Below are positions 43,678 through 54,500 of a DNA stretch of 64,000 nucleotides, piece after piece (positions within the stretch are counted from its first letter, which is position 1; each line of letters begins with the position of its first letter). Below the pieces are notes generated by a model that made no database searches, was not told the DNA's origin, and worked only from the letters and a program-made list of their open reading frames with translations. The stretch covers positions 32,001 to 96,000 of the forward strand of contig CAVTCR010000050.1 in the NCBI GenBank assembly GCA_963733195.1, written 5' to 3'. The position numbers and the translations under genes were made by a program. This stretch comes from an uncultured delta proteobacterium (lineage in GTDB: Bacteria; Desulfobacterota; Binatia; Bin18).

Positions 43678-44313
43678 TTACAACAACCGAAACGATTGGC
43701 GATGCACGGGGCTCGGCCCTACTCGACGGATCGCTTCTCGATGCGCCAGGGTTCCATACCCCTTATGTCGAGCAAAACCGTATTCAGGATACTGCTTGTC
43801 CAGTCGCATCATGAGAGTATCGCGATAGACCTTAGCGACAATTGACGCTGCCGCAATCGAGTAGATATCACGGTCGCCTTTGATGAACGTCGTCTGTGGA
43901 CAAGAAAGCTCCTTGAGTGAACGACCGTCAATCAATACATGTTCAGGAGTCACAGAAAGTTGCGCTAACGCGAGACGCATGGCTTTCATGCCGGCTTGGT
44001 AGATATTGATACGGTCAATTTCTTCAACTTCGACGATTCCGATCCCAACTCCTACGGCGACGTTGCGAACTTCCAGATCTAATCGCTCGCGAGCTTTCAG
44101 TGTCAACGTTTTTGAATCACGGACGTCTTGCGGAAAAGTAGCTGGTAAGCCAGCTTCATCTGTGAGATCGGGAGGAAGGATCACCGCCGCTGCAACTACT
44201 GGTCCGGCCAGTGGACCCATACCGACCTCGTCAACTCCGGCCACAGCAGTCAGACCTTGCTGCCACAGAGCACGCTCTTCGTCGAGTCGTGGCTGTATTA
44301 CGCGCGACGCCAA
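43678..44313 (-). CDS. rnhB: Ribonuclease HII
   Basis: GVDEVG.GPLAGPV, DSK, IDG, KGD, SIAAASIVAKV.RD, HKGYGT motifs. Confidence 0.95.
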   Translation of the reverse strand: MASRVIQPRLDEERALWQQGLTAVAGVDEVGMGPLAGPVVAAAVILPPDLTDEAGLPATFPQDVRDSKTLTLKARERLDLEVRNVAVGVGIGIVEVEEIDRINIYQAGMKAMRLALAQLSVTPEHVLIDGRSLKELSCPQTTFIKGDRDIYSIAAASIVAKVYRDTLMMRLDKQYPEYGFARHKGYGTLAHREAIRRVGPSPVHRQSFRLL

Positions 44314-44325
44314 CAGGGGCCTCGT

Positions 44326-44958
44326 TTAGCTGGTCACGGCTTTTCGTGCCCAGACGGCAAAGAGCGGGTCGGCGATACCAGGATGCGGACTAAAATCGCG
44401 AAACTCCGGCTCATCAAACCCACCGGCATGCTGGAAATATGCGCGGATCAGGCTCGCTCGCTGTCCATCCCGGAGAGACTGCCAAATCCGTACCGCCTTG
44501 GTAGGAAACATCCGATTGGAGAACAGAACGAGGAAAGGCGCAGTCGGTTTCAGTACACGGCATACGTCAGCAAAGGTCTCCAGTGGGCGTGTCATGTACT
44601 GAATGGAGACCGTCACTACGGCACCGTCAAAGGTCTCATTGGAAAACGGCAAACGCGGATTAACGTTAAGGTCGTGGACAACGTGTTCATCAAGCTCTGG
44701 ATTATCGGCCATCTCCTCAGCATTGAGCCCAAGGCCGATGAGCTTCTGTTTGGCAAAACCCGGCGGAAAATGCGAACGCCAACTGCTCATCAGATCAAGC
44801 AACACTCCGTTAGAAGGAAGCGTTGCCGCAATCGCCTGCCCTGCGGCAGCAATCGCTCCATCATCGATATGAACGACTTTACGTGGTGATGTATAGAACA
44901 ACGCGTCAGTGCTATCATCCAACCGCTCGAACATGTCGGGGGTAAACGGATTATCCAT
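44326..44958 (-). CDS. Class I SAM-dependent methyltransferase (type 11)
   Basis: LDLMSSW.SH, GLGLNAEE, VSIQY, FSNRMFPTKA motifs. Confidence 0.88.
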   Translation of the reverse strand: MDNPFTPDMFERLDDSTDALFYTSPRKVVHIDDGAIAAAGQAIAATLPSNGVLLDLMSSWRSHFPPGFAKQKLIGLGLNAEEMADNPELDEHVVHDLNVNPRLPFSNETFDGAVVTVSIQYMTRPLETFADVCRVLKPTAPFLVLFSNRMFPTKAVRIWQSLRDGQRASLIRAYFQHAGGFDEPEFRDFSPHPGIADPLFAVWARKAVTS

Positions 44959-44974
44959 AAGACGTTCCCGCTGC

Positions 44975-45252
44975 CTTAAGATATGGCTGTGTCACGTACC
45001 TAAGCGGTCCACCACGCAGTATAATGAAAAACAGTGATACTTCAATCGTATCGATTTTTCAGTCCTTCTGATGCGTGATTCATCTCATCGCCGGACAAAT
45101 AACCGTGATAATTTAGATAACTGCTCTAAAAATGGCAGCCACGCGACTTCACCGCCAGCACTGTGCAGGTACAACAGCGGATCACCCGACCCACCCTTCA
45201 GCATCTGAATCTTCGTGCCACGAATATTCAAGAACGTTTCTTCGAAAGACAT
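44975..45252 (-). pseudogene. Degraded N-terminal fragment of an alpha/beta hydrolase
   Basis: GGAGG RBS, then MSFEETF...GSGDPLLYLHSAGG; TVICPA, SEGL, IDTIE and VFHYT remnants appear in shifting frames; no room for the C-terminal half. Confidence 0.65.
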
Positions 45253-45340
45253 GTAGTCCAGACCTCCGCCGAAGTATCCAGTAGAAAAAACAGTATCAAT
45301 CCCATGCTGAATGCTGACTACTACATACTCACTACTTTTT

Positions 45341-46099
45341 CTACGTATACATCCCACCGTTGGGGCTCACAACTTGTCCAGTAATGAAACTGGCATCTAT
45401 TGAGGTGAGATAGGCACATGCCGCAGCTATATCTTCAGGTGCGCCGACGCGACGGACAGGTGAGCGTTGCGTTGTCATATCGATGAACTTTTGCATGCGT
45501 CCGCTAATGCGCCCATCTTTCAGTAAGATCGGCGTATCGATCAATCCCGGCGCAATAGCATTGACCGTAATGCCCATGGGTCCGAGTTCTTGCGCTAGCG
45601 CTTTTGTGAAGCCAATGATTCCAGCCTTCGCTGCCGAGTAATGAGTCAATCCAGCGGCTCCACCTAAACCTGCGGTCGAGGAAATGTTGACCACCCTACC
45701 CCACTTCGCGTCGATCATGTCTTGGACGCAGGCTTTAGTGCAGTTAAAGGTGCCCTTCAGATGGATAGCGATCATCTGGTCCCACTGCGCCTCGGTCATC
45801 TCTGCCAGTGGGATAAAATTGCCGATACCAGCATCGTTGACTAACACATGAATCGGACCAAGGTCTTTTCGCGTCTGCTGCACGGCTGCATCAATTTGCG
45901 CACGGTTGGTGACATCGACACGGCACGCGAGGGCTTTCCGCCCTTGCACGCGTATCTCGTCAGCAACATTTTCGGCCCCCGCAAGGTTAAGATCAAAGAT
46001 CGCGACGTTCGCCCCTTCACGCGCCAACCGTAGTGAAATGCCTCGTCCGATGCCTGACGCGCCACCTGTCACGACAGCGTTCTTACCAGCTAAGCTCAT
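45341..46099 (-). CDS. FabG-like SDR oxidoreductase
   Basis: TGGASGIG, VNDAG, YSAAK, IAPGLIDT, ITGQ motifs. Confidence 0.92.
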   Translation of the reverse strand: MSLAGKNAVVTGGASGIGRGISLRLAREGANVAIFDLNLAGAENVADEIRVQGRKALACRVDVTNRAQIDAAVQQTRKDLGPIHVLVNDAGIGNFIPLAEMTEAQWDQMIAIHLKGTFNCTKACVQDMIDAKWGRVVNISSTAGLGGAAGLTHYSAAKAGIIGFTKALAQELGPMGITVNAIAPGLIDTPILLKDGRISGRMQKFIDMTTQRSPVRRVGAPEDIAAACAYLTSIDASFITGQVVSPNGGMYT

Positions 46100-46184
46100 G
46101 ATCGCACTCCCTCAGGTCTTCAATCGGTCGTGTATTTTTTCGGCTCTGCTCTACCACATCTCACAGACTTTTCCTATCGTCGCT

Positions 46185-47075
46185 TCAGGTAGGCAGAGCA
46201 ACTTTCAATGCCTGAGGCACAGCCCGCAATGTCATGGGCAGAGGGCCGATATGCTCGCCATCAGCAAACAGTTCACATGGTGTTTCTGCACTTATAGTGA
46301 TTTCGCGTCCACGTAACGTATCGATTCCCGTCGAATAAATGTGTCGACCGGCGAACACACGAGGGAACGTATAGAGAAGTTCTAACTTGCCCATGCCATT
46401 GACAATGCACGCATCGAGCATTCCATCATCAGGTCGGGCTGCGGGTACCAATGCCATTCCTCGTGCACTGCTCCACGTGTTCGCTACGGCAATCAACCAA
46501 CTGTAACACTGCCGCGTTTGTCCATCATATTGAATAGTGAATCGCAAAGGTCGATCGAGAAACACTGAGCCGATGGTCACTGCCGTATACAGAGCGTTAA
46601 TCCGGAATCGCTTGAACTGATTGGCGCGACGATTGACCTCAGCCGCAAGCCCCATAACCGCGATAGAAAAAAAGTAGCGGTCGTTTGCCTGCCCAACATC
46701 CACTCGTTGTTCGATACCGTCGACAATCACACCGACAGCACTTTCGGTCTCAAGCGGAATTCCCAGTCCGCGAGCAAAATCGTTTCCTGTTCCCGCCGGA
46801 ATAATCCCTAGCGTCGTGTCGGTACCAGCCAGCACATTCGCCACTTGATGCACAAGCCCATCACCACCGATCGCGACAACACGCTGGCACCGATCTTTGA
46901 CAGCCGCCAGTGCCAGTGCGGTCGGCTCATTCGGTGCAGCACTGTAATGAAGTTCGTGGGCAACACCTCGCGTGTGGAGCATGCGACTCACGTGCTCGGC
47001 GACTTTCGTACCACGCCCGTGTCCTGACGTCGGGTTTACGATCAACTGAATTGGGGGATTGAGCGATCGTGTCAT
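46185..47075 (-). CDS. Diacylglycerol-kinase-family (YegS/DAGK) lipid kinase
   Basis: NPTSG, GGDG, PAGTGNDFA, DDGMLD, ADGE motifs. Confidence 0.9.
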   Translation of the reverse strand: MTRSLNPPIQLIVNPTSGHGRGTKVAEHVSRMLHTRGVAHELHYSAAPNEPTALALAAVKDRCQRVVAIGGDGLVHQVANVLAGTDTTLGIIPAGTGNDFARGLGIPLETESAVGVIVDGIEQRVDVGQANDRYFFSIAVMGLAAEVNRRANQFKRFRINALYTAVTIGSVFLDRPLRFTIQYDGQTRQCYSWLIAVANTWSSARGMALVPAARPDDGMLDACIVNGMGKLELLYTFPRVFAGRHIYSTGIDTLRGREITISAETPCELFADGEHIGPLPMTLRAVPQALKVALPT

Positions 47076-47091
47076 TGATCCAATAATGAGG

Positions 47092-48456
47092 TTAGCGTAG
47101 CCCGCCACGCTCGAAGTGAGCTTGGAGAAAATTCTCACTACCAGTTGTTGCCATGCTCGCTGCGGCAGACAGCTCCAAACACAACGCCGTGGCAGCAATA
47201 ATTTGCGCGAAGCGATAGACTTTTCCTGCGCCAAGACAATCCATGAGTTGCAAATAGGCACGCGCATGCGGCAAGCTGGTTCCGCCGCCAACGGTCCCTA
47301 CTTCAAGACCAGAGAAACGAATGGTGAGATGAATCCCGTCCTCGACACGTGTTACCGTGGCTTGGGTCATACTACTGGTGCCAACCATTCCCAGATCTTG
47401 ACCGGTCGCCGCAAAAATCGCCGCTACTGCGGACGCTGGAGTAAAAGCAAACGATTGCATCCCACTGGCGTGCGCACCATGTAAGCCTGCGTGTTCCAGA
47501 GCAACAATCGCGTCGGCACTGACACGTAACACTCGCCGCAGCACAGAGCCGGGAAGAGTCGCTTCAGCCACAACAACCTTCCCATGGCCAGGAAACTGAA
47601 AAAACGCATGGCTGGGTTTCTTGTCCCCTCCCATGTTGGTTTCCAGAAACACATGCAGCGGAGTAATCCCAGCTTCCACGGGAAATCGTGCCAGGACAAA
47701 CTTTTGATTGAGCGCATACGCATTACGCGTCATCATATTCGGTCCACACGCATCTCCAGTCGTGAACCGATACAACAAGTGACACATCGGCCCAAGGACA
47801 TGCGTCTGCACCTCACGCAATACCGCATGCGAACTGATAACTGCCGCCGTCGTTGCTCTTTTTTTCTCTGTCTCTATCTCTGTTCCTGTCTCTGTCTCTC
47901 GTTCTTCCTCTGTTACGGGTTGCTGGTTACGGGTCGCTTTGGTAGCGCCGGTGAGCCATTCAGCCATCTCCGCTGTACGCGATTCAACCCAGTGCGCTAA
48001 CGCTAATGCTTCTTCAGTCGAACGGAACACAAAACACGAATCGCGCGTCATGCGATCAGCCAGGACGTAGGTTTTTACGCCACCAGCAAGAGCAACCGCA
48101 CTAATTCCACGTTGGATCGACGCCGACAATCCGCCTTCGGTATGGGCAAGCGGAACAAATACCCGGTCATCTTGTCGTGCTTGTTCTTGTACGTCACCTT
48201 CGCCAGTCAACGTATACTGTCCCAGATTGACGGATAGTGGCCCCACGACGCCGACCGGCAGCACCAGGTGCCCAGTGAGACATTCTTGGAAATTCGCCAA
48301 ACCCTCGGCAGGAATTGGCCAGTCAAGCACATGATGATACGTCGCCTGCCAATGGGAGAGGGACCGCAGATGATTTTGCCGTTCAACTAATTGTTCGGGT
48401 CGGTTTGCCCGCGGCCAGTGCGGCAATTGGCGAGAAGCAGAACGCTCGGACTTCAC
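47092..48456 (-). CDS. Hydroxymethylglutaryl-CoA reductase homolog (class I-like, divergent)
   Basis: PLAHTEGG, TGDACGPNM, GGDKKPS, ATGQD, VGTVGGGT and a C-terminal His. Confidence 0.85.
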   Translation of the reverse strand: MKSERSASRQLPHWPRANRPEQLVERQNHLRSLSHWQATYHHVLDWPIPAEGLANFQECLTGHLVLPVGVVGPLSVNLGQYTLTGEGDVQEQARQDDRVFVPLAHTEGGLSASIQRGISAVALAGGVKTYVLADRMTRDSCFVFRSTEEALALAHWVESRTAEMAEWLTGATKATRNQQPVTEEERETETGTEIETEKKRATTAAVISSHAVLREVQTHVLGPMCHLLYRFTTGDACGPNMMTRNAYALNQKFVLARFPVEAGITPLHVFLETNMGGDKKPSHAFFQFPGHGKVVVAEATLPGSVLRRVLRVSADAIVALEHAGLHGAHASGMQSFAFTPASAVAAIFAATGQDLGMVGTSSMTQATVTRVEDGIHLTIRFSGLEVGTVGGGTSLPHARAYLQLMDCLGAGKVYRFAQIIAATALCLELSAAASMATTGSENFLQAHFERGGLR

Positions 48457-49217
48457 TCCGCACTATCCTGTTCCGTATCAGCCATCGCAAGTCGTTGCAC
48501 TTTTTTCTCGATGTCCTCAGTCACACCGCCGAACAACAGGTTCTCATCAAGACCGATGAACATCGCTTTTTCCTTGACCCCCAGATAAATCTCGCGCACC
48601 AGCACCAGCAATTCATCGCGCATTTTCAGAAATACCGGCTTGAGTTCGGGCGAACGCGCCAACGCTGCCTTGAGGTACAGTTCGGCGAACGCTAAATGGC
48701 GCGCTTCATCAGTAAGGATGCGGCCTGCAATATGGGCAAATAACGAACCCGGGTGCGCTTTTGCGATGATGCCGTAAAAATGACGCGCGAAAATGTCGCT
48801 AACAAGAATACCCCACAGCCACTCCACTTTGTCACGCGATTTGAACAAGCGGGCTTGGTAACGAAAAATGACCTTCAAGTCGCGTACTTCTAGCGGACGC
48901 TGATTGATTTTGTGGTAGAAGCGGGTGAGGGTTTCGAAGTGGCGCGCCTCGTCGAGGAGGAACGTCGCCAGATAGAGTTGCGCTTCGGTCTGATGAGCGG
49001 AAAAAAACTGCGGGATCACCGAGCTGGCTCCGACCATGGCAGTTTGTTCTCCCAGGTAGATCGGCGTGAGTACGTGCGCCAAAGCTTTCTGCTCCTGAGG
49101 ATCCAACAGTAACGGCTGCTCCCAGTCGATTTGAGCCGCTGACCACTGTCCTTCCACACCCTTGCGAAAGAGCGCCATCAGCTTCGTATCCTCAATACGG
49201 GGAAATACCCGAATCAC
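48453..49217 (-). CDS. Ferritin-like diiron protein
   Basis: GEQ...DEARH and D...DEARH paired motifs; its stop overlaps the HMGR start (GTGA). Confidence 0.8.
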   Translation of the reverse strand: MIRVFPRIEDTKLMALFRKGVEGQWSAAQIDWEQPLLLDPQEQKALAHVLTPIYLGEQTAMVGASSVIPQFFSAHQTEAQLYLATFLLDEARHFETLTRFYHKINQRPLEVRDLKVIFRYQARLFKSRDKVEWLWGILVSDIFARHFYGIIAKAHPGSLFAHIAGRILTDEARHLAFAELYLKAALARSPELKPVFLKMRDELLVLVREIYLGVKEKAMFIGLDENLLFGGVTEDIEKKVQRLAMADTEQDSAE

Positions 49218-49332
49218 AATCCACCCCTCTTAGCTATCATGTTGCTCCTGCGGCAACCGACAAGATACCTCTCCACTAGTTAGCCTACGAACCGCACTTA
49301 CGCAAACAGGTGGAGCACGGTTGCCTTCCCTC

Positions 49333-49995
49333 TCATCCTCTTGTTGCCTCAGGTTTTCGTGCCTGGGTTGAATATCGCTGTTGGTGGTCGTGATTTCCCG
49401 TACGGAGATCGTGGTTGATGTGCAGCGGCGGCTCTTCCTCCTGCCAATGCAGCCATTGAAATGCCCGTATCAGGTACTGTATCCCCGACACAGCGGTCGC
49501 CCCACCCGCAAGCACGAGTGTCGAGTACCACAGCAGGAGCGACCGCCATTCTGGATTATGCAAAGCAACCAACGTCTGCGTCACAGTTAAGAGTTGTAAA
49601 AACGTACACGCTTTACCAATGAACGTCGGACGGATCACGATCGACCGACCAGTAATCATGAACAACACAATGAACCCGAGCAAAATAATAACGTCACGGC
49701 TAATCACCAGGATGGCTAACCAATGAGGAATAAAATCGAGAAACGTCAAGATCAAAAACGAGCTCACCAGCAGGAGCTTATCGGCCAGGGGGTCGATATA
49801 GGAACCTAACGTCGTCCGCGTATTAGTCAGTCGTGCAATTGCACCGTCAAGCGAATCAGTCAATCCAGCCAGCGCAAAGACAATAAGCGCTTCTGTATAG
49901 CGTCGGTCGGTCAAAAGAATGAGAAAAATCGGAATGGCACCGATGCGCAGCAGGGTCAAGCAGTTTGGCAGATTCAGGATAGCTGAAGGATTCAA
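49333..49995 (-). CDS. CDP-alcohol phosphatidyltransferase (PgsA/cardiolipin synthase type)
   Basis: NLPN.LT..R and D..DG.IAR.......G..IDP.ADK motifs. Confidence 0.9.
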   Translation of the reverse strand: MNPSAILNLPNCLTLLRIGAIPIFLILLTDRRYTEALIVFALAGLTDSLDGAIARLTNTRTTLGSYIDPLADKLLLVSSFLILTFLDFIPHWLAILVISRDVIILLGFIVLFMITGRSIVIRPTFIGKACTFLQLLTVTQTLVALHNPEWRSLLLWYSTLVLAGGATAVSGIQYLIRAFQWLHWQEEEPPLHINHDLRTGNHDHQQRYSTQARKPEATRG

Positions 49996-50022
49996 AGCGG
50001 CTCTTTCTACACCGACATGTCG

Positions 50023-51408
50023 TTACTCCGAGCGTGCTTCCGCCAGACGTTTCCGTAACTGCCCGGCAACCTTAGTGGAAACAAGTGCAGTCACACTAAT
50101 CGCTGTCTCAGAGTAAGCCTCTTCTACCACTTTGCCACTACGACGCAACCACGCCACCATCTGTCCAGCGCTCAACGGCAGTTCGCAGTGGATAAGTTCA
50201 CGGTTTTGCTCCAGATGACGTTCAATCGCCAACAACAACGGCGGGATACCATCACCGGTCCGCGCCGAGATACCAAAGAGCTGCCTTTCGCCGTTACCGT
50301 CGGCAGATCTTCTCAATAGTGACCAGGGAGAGGTCTCGTCTTCTTCGTTTGCAGACAGACAGTCGAGTTTATTGAACACCGTCAGCGTTGGTTTTTCTCC
50401 GGCCCCTAATTCCTCTAGTACCTGTTCAACTACTGCTTTTTGTTCTGCCCAGCGTGGATGCGTAGCATCAATGATATGGAGCAAGAAATCAGCGGTACGC
50501 ACCTCTTCCAACGTGCTTTTGAATGCATCTACCAATTGATGTGGGAGTTTGTTAATGAATCCGACTGTATCAGTCACCATCACCGGCTGGCCGCCAGGTA
50601 GATCAAGTCGTCGACTGGTCGGGTCGAGAGTAGCAAAGAGTTTGTCCTCGACCAAGACGCCAGCATGAGTCAGGGTGTTCATCAACGTGGACTTCCCGGC
50701 GTTGGTGTAGCCGACTAAGGCGACACAGGGAAACGGCACCCGCTCGCGTTCCTGACGCTGCAACGAGCGCGTTCGTTCAACATCGTGCAAGCGCCGTTTT
50801 AGCGTTGAGATCCGTTCACGGATGCGACGGCGGTCGACTTCCAGCTGCGTCTCACCAGGACCACGCGTTCCTACGCCGCCACCGCCTAACCGCGAAAGGT
50901 GCGTCCATTGTCGCGTGAGCCGCGGCTGCAAATATTCAAGCTGCGCCAACTCCACCTGGAGTTTTCCGGCGAGACTCTGCGCCCGTTGGGCAAAAATATC
51001 GAGGATCAGTTGACTCCGGTCGATAACTTTCACACCAAGTGACTTTTCCAGGTTGCGTTGCTGCGCTGGAGACAGGTCATCGTCGAAAATAACCACATTG
51101 GCCTTGGCATCGATAACCCGGTCTTTCACTTCATAGACTTTGCCTGAGCCAATGAAGGTAGCAGGGTGAATGCCATCACGCAGCGATTGACTGACCGTAC
51201 CGATCACTTCCAGTCCAGCCGTATCACTAAGGCGCGCCAGCTCGGAGAGGGAATCTTCGACGAAAAACTGAACACCTTCAAGGTTGCGCGTGTCTGCCCG
51301 TGACCGCTGGACACCAACGAGCATCACGCGCTCCGGGCCTAACTGCGCGGTGTAATAGTAGCCAGGCTTTGGATCAATCCCGTTAGTGAAGTCGCGTTGT
51401 TGCCTCAT
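50023..51408 (-). CDS. hflX: GTPase HflX
   Basis: [44 protein letters not shown] motifs. Confidence 0.96.
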   Translation of the reverse strand: MRQQRDFTNGIDPKPGYYYTAQLGPERVMLVGVQRSRADTRNLEGVQFFVEDSLSELARLSDTAGLEVIGTVSQSLRDGIHPATFIGSGKVYEVKDRVIDAKANVVIFDDDLSPAQQRNLEKSLGVKVIDRSQLILDIFAQRAQSLAGKLQVELAQLEYLQPRLTRQWTHLSRLGGGGVGTRGPGETQLEVDRRRIRERISTLKRRLHDVERTRSLQRQERERVPFPCVALVGYTNAGKSTLMNTLTHAGVLVEDKLFATLDPTSRRLDLPGGQPVMVTDTVGFINKLPHQLVDAFKSTLEEVRTADFLLHIIDATHPRWAEQKAVVEQVLEELGAGEKPTLTVFNKLDCLSANEEDETSPWSLLRRSADGNGERQLFGISARTGDGIPPLLLAIERHLEQNRELIHCELPLSAGQMVAWLRRSGKVVEEAYSETAISVTALVSTKVAGQLRKRLAEARSE

Positions 51409-51528
51409 ATATGTAGTTTACAGCGAACAGGGTACAGGGATCAGGAGGAGACTGGAAATATATCTTGCACGTTTTCTATCATCCCTTTTCTCTGTCACCT
51501 GTAACCTAAAACCTGTTCCCTTTCATTT

Positions 51529-54500
51529 CTATCGAAACGATGCCACGCCGCTACCAAAGAGTCGCTCCACCGCTATCAGCATCGCGCGGGTCGGAGAGAC
51601 GCTCAGGCCGTTCGGCAGTGCAATCACTGTCTCGGTGTAGTCCGGGCGCATCAGGTGCAAAAATGTCTGGCAGTTACCGAGATGCTGCTGCAAGACATCT
51701 TTGAGCGCGACCATATCTTCCTTGGTTGCTACATCCGACGGCACTTGGATGTGCACTTGCTTGACTTCGTTAGTAGCTACCGATTCCAGCGGAACGACGG
51801 CATCCGCAATAATCTGACAGCGATCTTCATCCACATCAAGTGCGCCGTTCAAACAGACTGGCATGTCCGCATGGATAGTCGCTTCGTGTTGACGGTAGGC
51901 TTCCGGCCACACGATTACCTCCACGACCCCTTCCTTGTCTTCCAAGGTGAAAGTCGCATAGCGGTCTCCCCTTTTATTGTTCTTGAGCTTCAGCGAGTGG
52001 ACCACACCAGCCAACCTGACCTTCTCCTGATGCTGACGTGTCTTGAGCAAATCAGTGGTCAGCGACACCACACCATGCAAACGGCCGACATATTTGTCGA
52101 GCGGATGACCAGTAATAAAAAATCCCAGCGTCTCACGTTCGTTTTTCAATTTGTCGGTGTCGTTCCATTCCTCAATCTTCGGCAGCTCAGAACGACCATT
52201 ACCGTTCTTGGTTGGCAGGATGGCGAACAGTCCCATTTGGTTCGCATTGTTCTCGCCCTTTGCCTCCTGCTCTGCCTTCTTTACCGCTTCTTCGATACCG
52301 GCAAAGAGTTGCGCGCGAGGTATCTGAAATGAGTCAAGGGCTCCACATTTTGTGAGACTCTCCAGCACCCGCTTATTCACTTGCGATCCACGTACACGCG
52401 AACAGAATTCGTACAGATCAGTAAATGGTCCTTCTTGCCGCGCCGCTTGAATTGCTTCAATCGCCTTTGATCCGATGCCTTTCACTGCCCCAAGGCCGAA
52501 ACGAATCGTTTCTCCACTGACAGTGAAATCCTCATCACTTTCATTCACGTCTGGTGGCAATACCTGAATATTCTGTAAGCGACATTCGGCGATGTTCTTG
52601 TAGGTTTTGTTGGTATCGCCCATCTCCAAACTCATAAGTGCCGCCATGAACTCTTGCGGATAATGTGTCTTCAGATAGGCGGTCTGATACGAAATCAACG
52701 CATAGGCAGCGGCGTGAGACTTATTGAAGCCATAGGCCGCGAAGGTTTCCATCTGGTCGAAGATTTCACCCGCCAGTTTGTCGGCAATTTTCTGCTTGGC
52801 AGTCCCTTTGAGGAAGCGGGCACGCTCTTCCTGCATCGCTTCTTTCTTCTTTTTGCCCATCGCACGCCGGAGGTTATCGGCATCTTCCAGGCTAAAGCCC
52901 GCTAACACCTGGGCGATCTGCATGACCTGCTCCTGGTAAATGGTCACGCCATAGGTTTCTCTCAACACCGGCTCGAGTAACGGGTGTGGGTAAGAAATCT
53001 GCTCTCTGCCGTGTTTGCGTTTGATGAACTGCTCCGCCGCGCCACTATCGAGCGGTCCAGGCCGAAACAGGGCAATCACGGCGATGATGTCCTCAAAACA
53101 ATTGGGCTTCAATTGGGTAATCAGCTTGCGAATGCCACTGCCTTCCATCTGGAAGACACCAACGGTGTCACCTCGGGTGAGGTGCTGATACGTCAGCTTG
53201 TCATCAATGCGGAGGTTGCTCAGATCGACATCTACACCACGACTCTTCTTGATCCGCTTGACGGTGTCATCAAGCAGCGTCAGGGTTTTGAGGCCAAGAA
53301 AGTCAAACTTAATCAGCCCAATGGTATCGACATCCGGCCCTGAATACTGCGTCAGTACGTTGCCTTCCTTATCGACAAACAGCGGAATATGCTCGACCAA
53401 AGGCGCTGGCGAGATCACGATTCCCGCGGCATGCTTCGAGGCGTGACGCAGGAGCCCTTCGAGCTTCAGAGCGTAATCAAAGAGTTTCTTCTCACGGTCA
53501 CCCTTCTCGCGGAGTTCGCGCAGACGCGGCTCCATCTCTAGTGCGGCTTCGAGGGGAAAATCTTTGCCTTGCTTAGGAGCCGGATAGAGTTTAGCGATGC
53601 GATCTGTATCGCTGTACGAGAATTCCAGTACCCGGCCAACGTCCTTAATTGCTTGTTTACCTTTGAGGGTTCCGAACGTAATGATCTGCGCGACTTTGTC
53701 GGCACCATATTTTTCTTTGATGTAACGGATCACTTCATCACGTCGTTCAAAGCAGAAATCAACGTCGATGTCCGGCATACTTTTGCGGCCAGGATTCAAG
53801 AACCGCTCGAAGAGCAGTTGATAACGAAGCGGATCAACATCGGTAATTTTCGTGCAGTACGCCACCAAGCATCCTGCCACCGAGCCGCGCCCAGGACCGA
53901 CAGGGATTCCTTGAGATTTGGCGTAGCCGATGAAATCAGAGACGATAAGGAAATAGCCCGAAAACCCCATCTTTTCGATTACTTGCAGTTCAAACTGCAA
54001 GCGATCGTAATATTTTTTCTCTTTCTCCGCGTTCCAATCAGGTGTATAGGCACGAATTTGCTTGAAGCGCTCTTCGAGGCCAGCCCGGGCTTTCTTTTCT
54101 AGTGCTTCCTCTAAGGTCTCTTCCTTTGGAACGTCATACAGCGGAAACAAGAAGTTACCGAACGAGAGTTCCAAGTTGCAGCGATTAGCGACTTCCACTG
54201 TGTTCGTCACCGCCTCTGGGCAGTGCGAGAACTCCGTCAGCATTTCCTCGGGTGATTTGACATACAACTGGTTGGTGCCAAAGCGCCAACGCTTCTCGTC
54301 TGACCACACTTTACCGCTTTGCACACACAGAAGAACTTCGTGAGCCTCAGCGTCGTCAGCTTTCAGGTAGTGACAATCATTCGTGGCGACTAGCGGAAGT
54401 GCCAACTGGCGGGCCAATTCAATCAACGGGGGGTTAATCTTCTCTTGTTCAGGAAGGTGGTTCGCCTGAATTTCAATATAGAATCGATCATCAAAAATCG

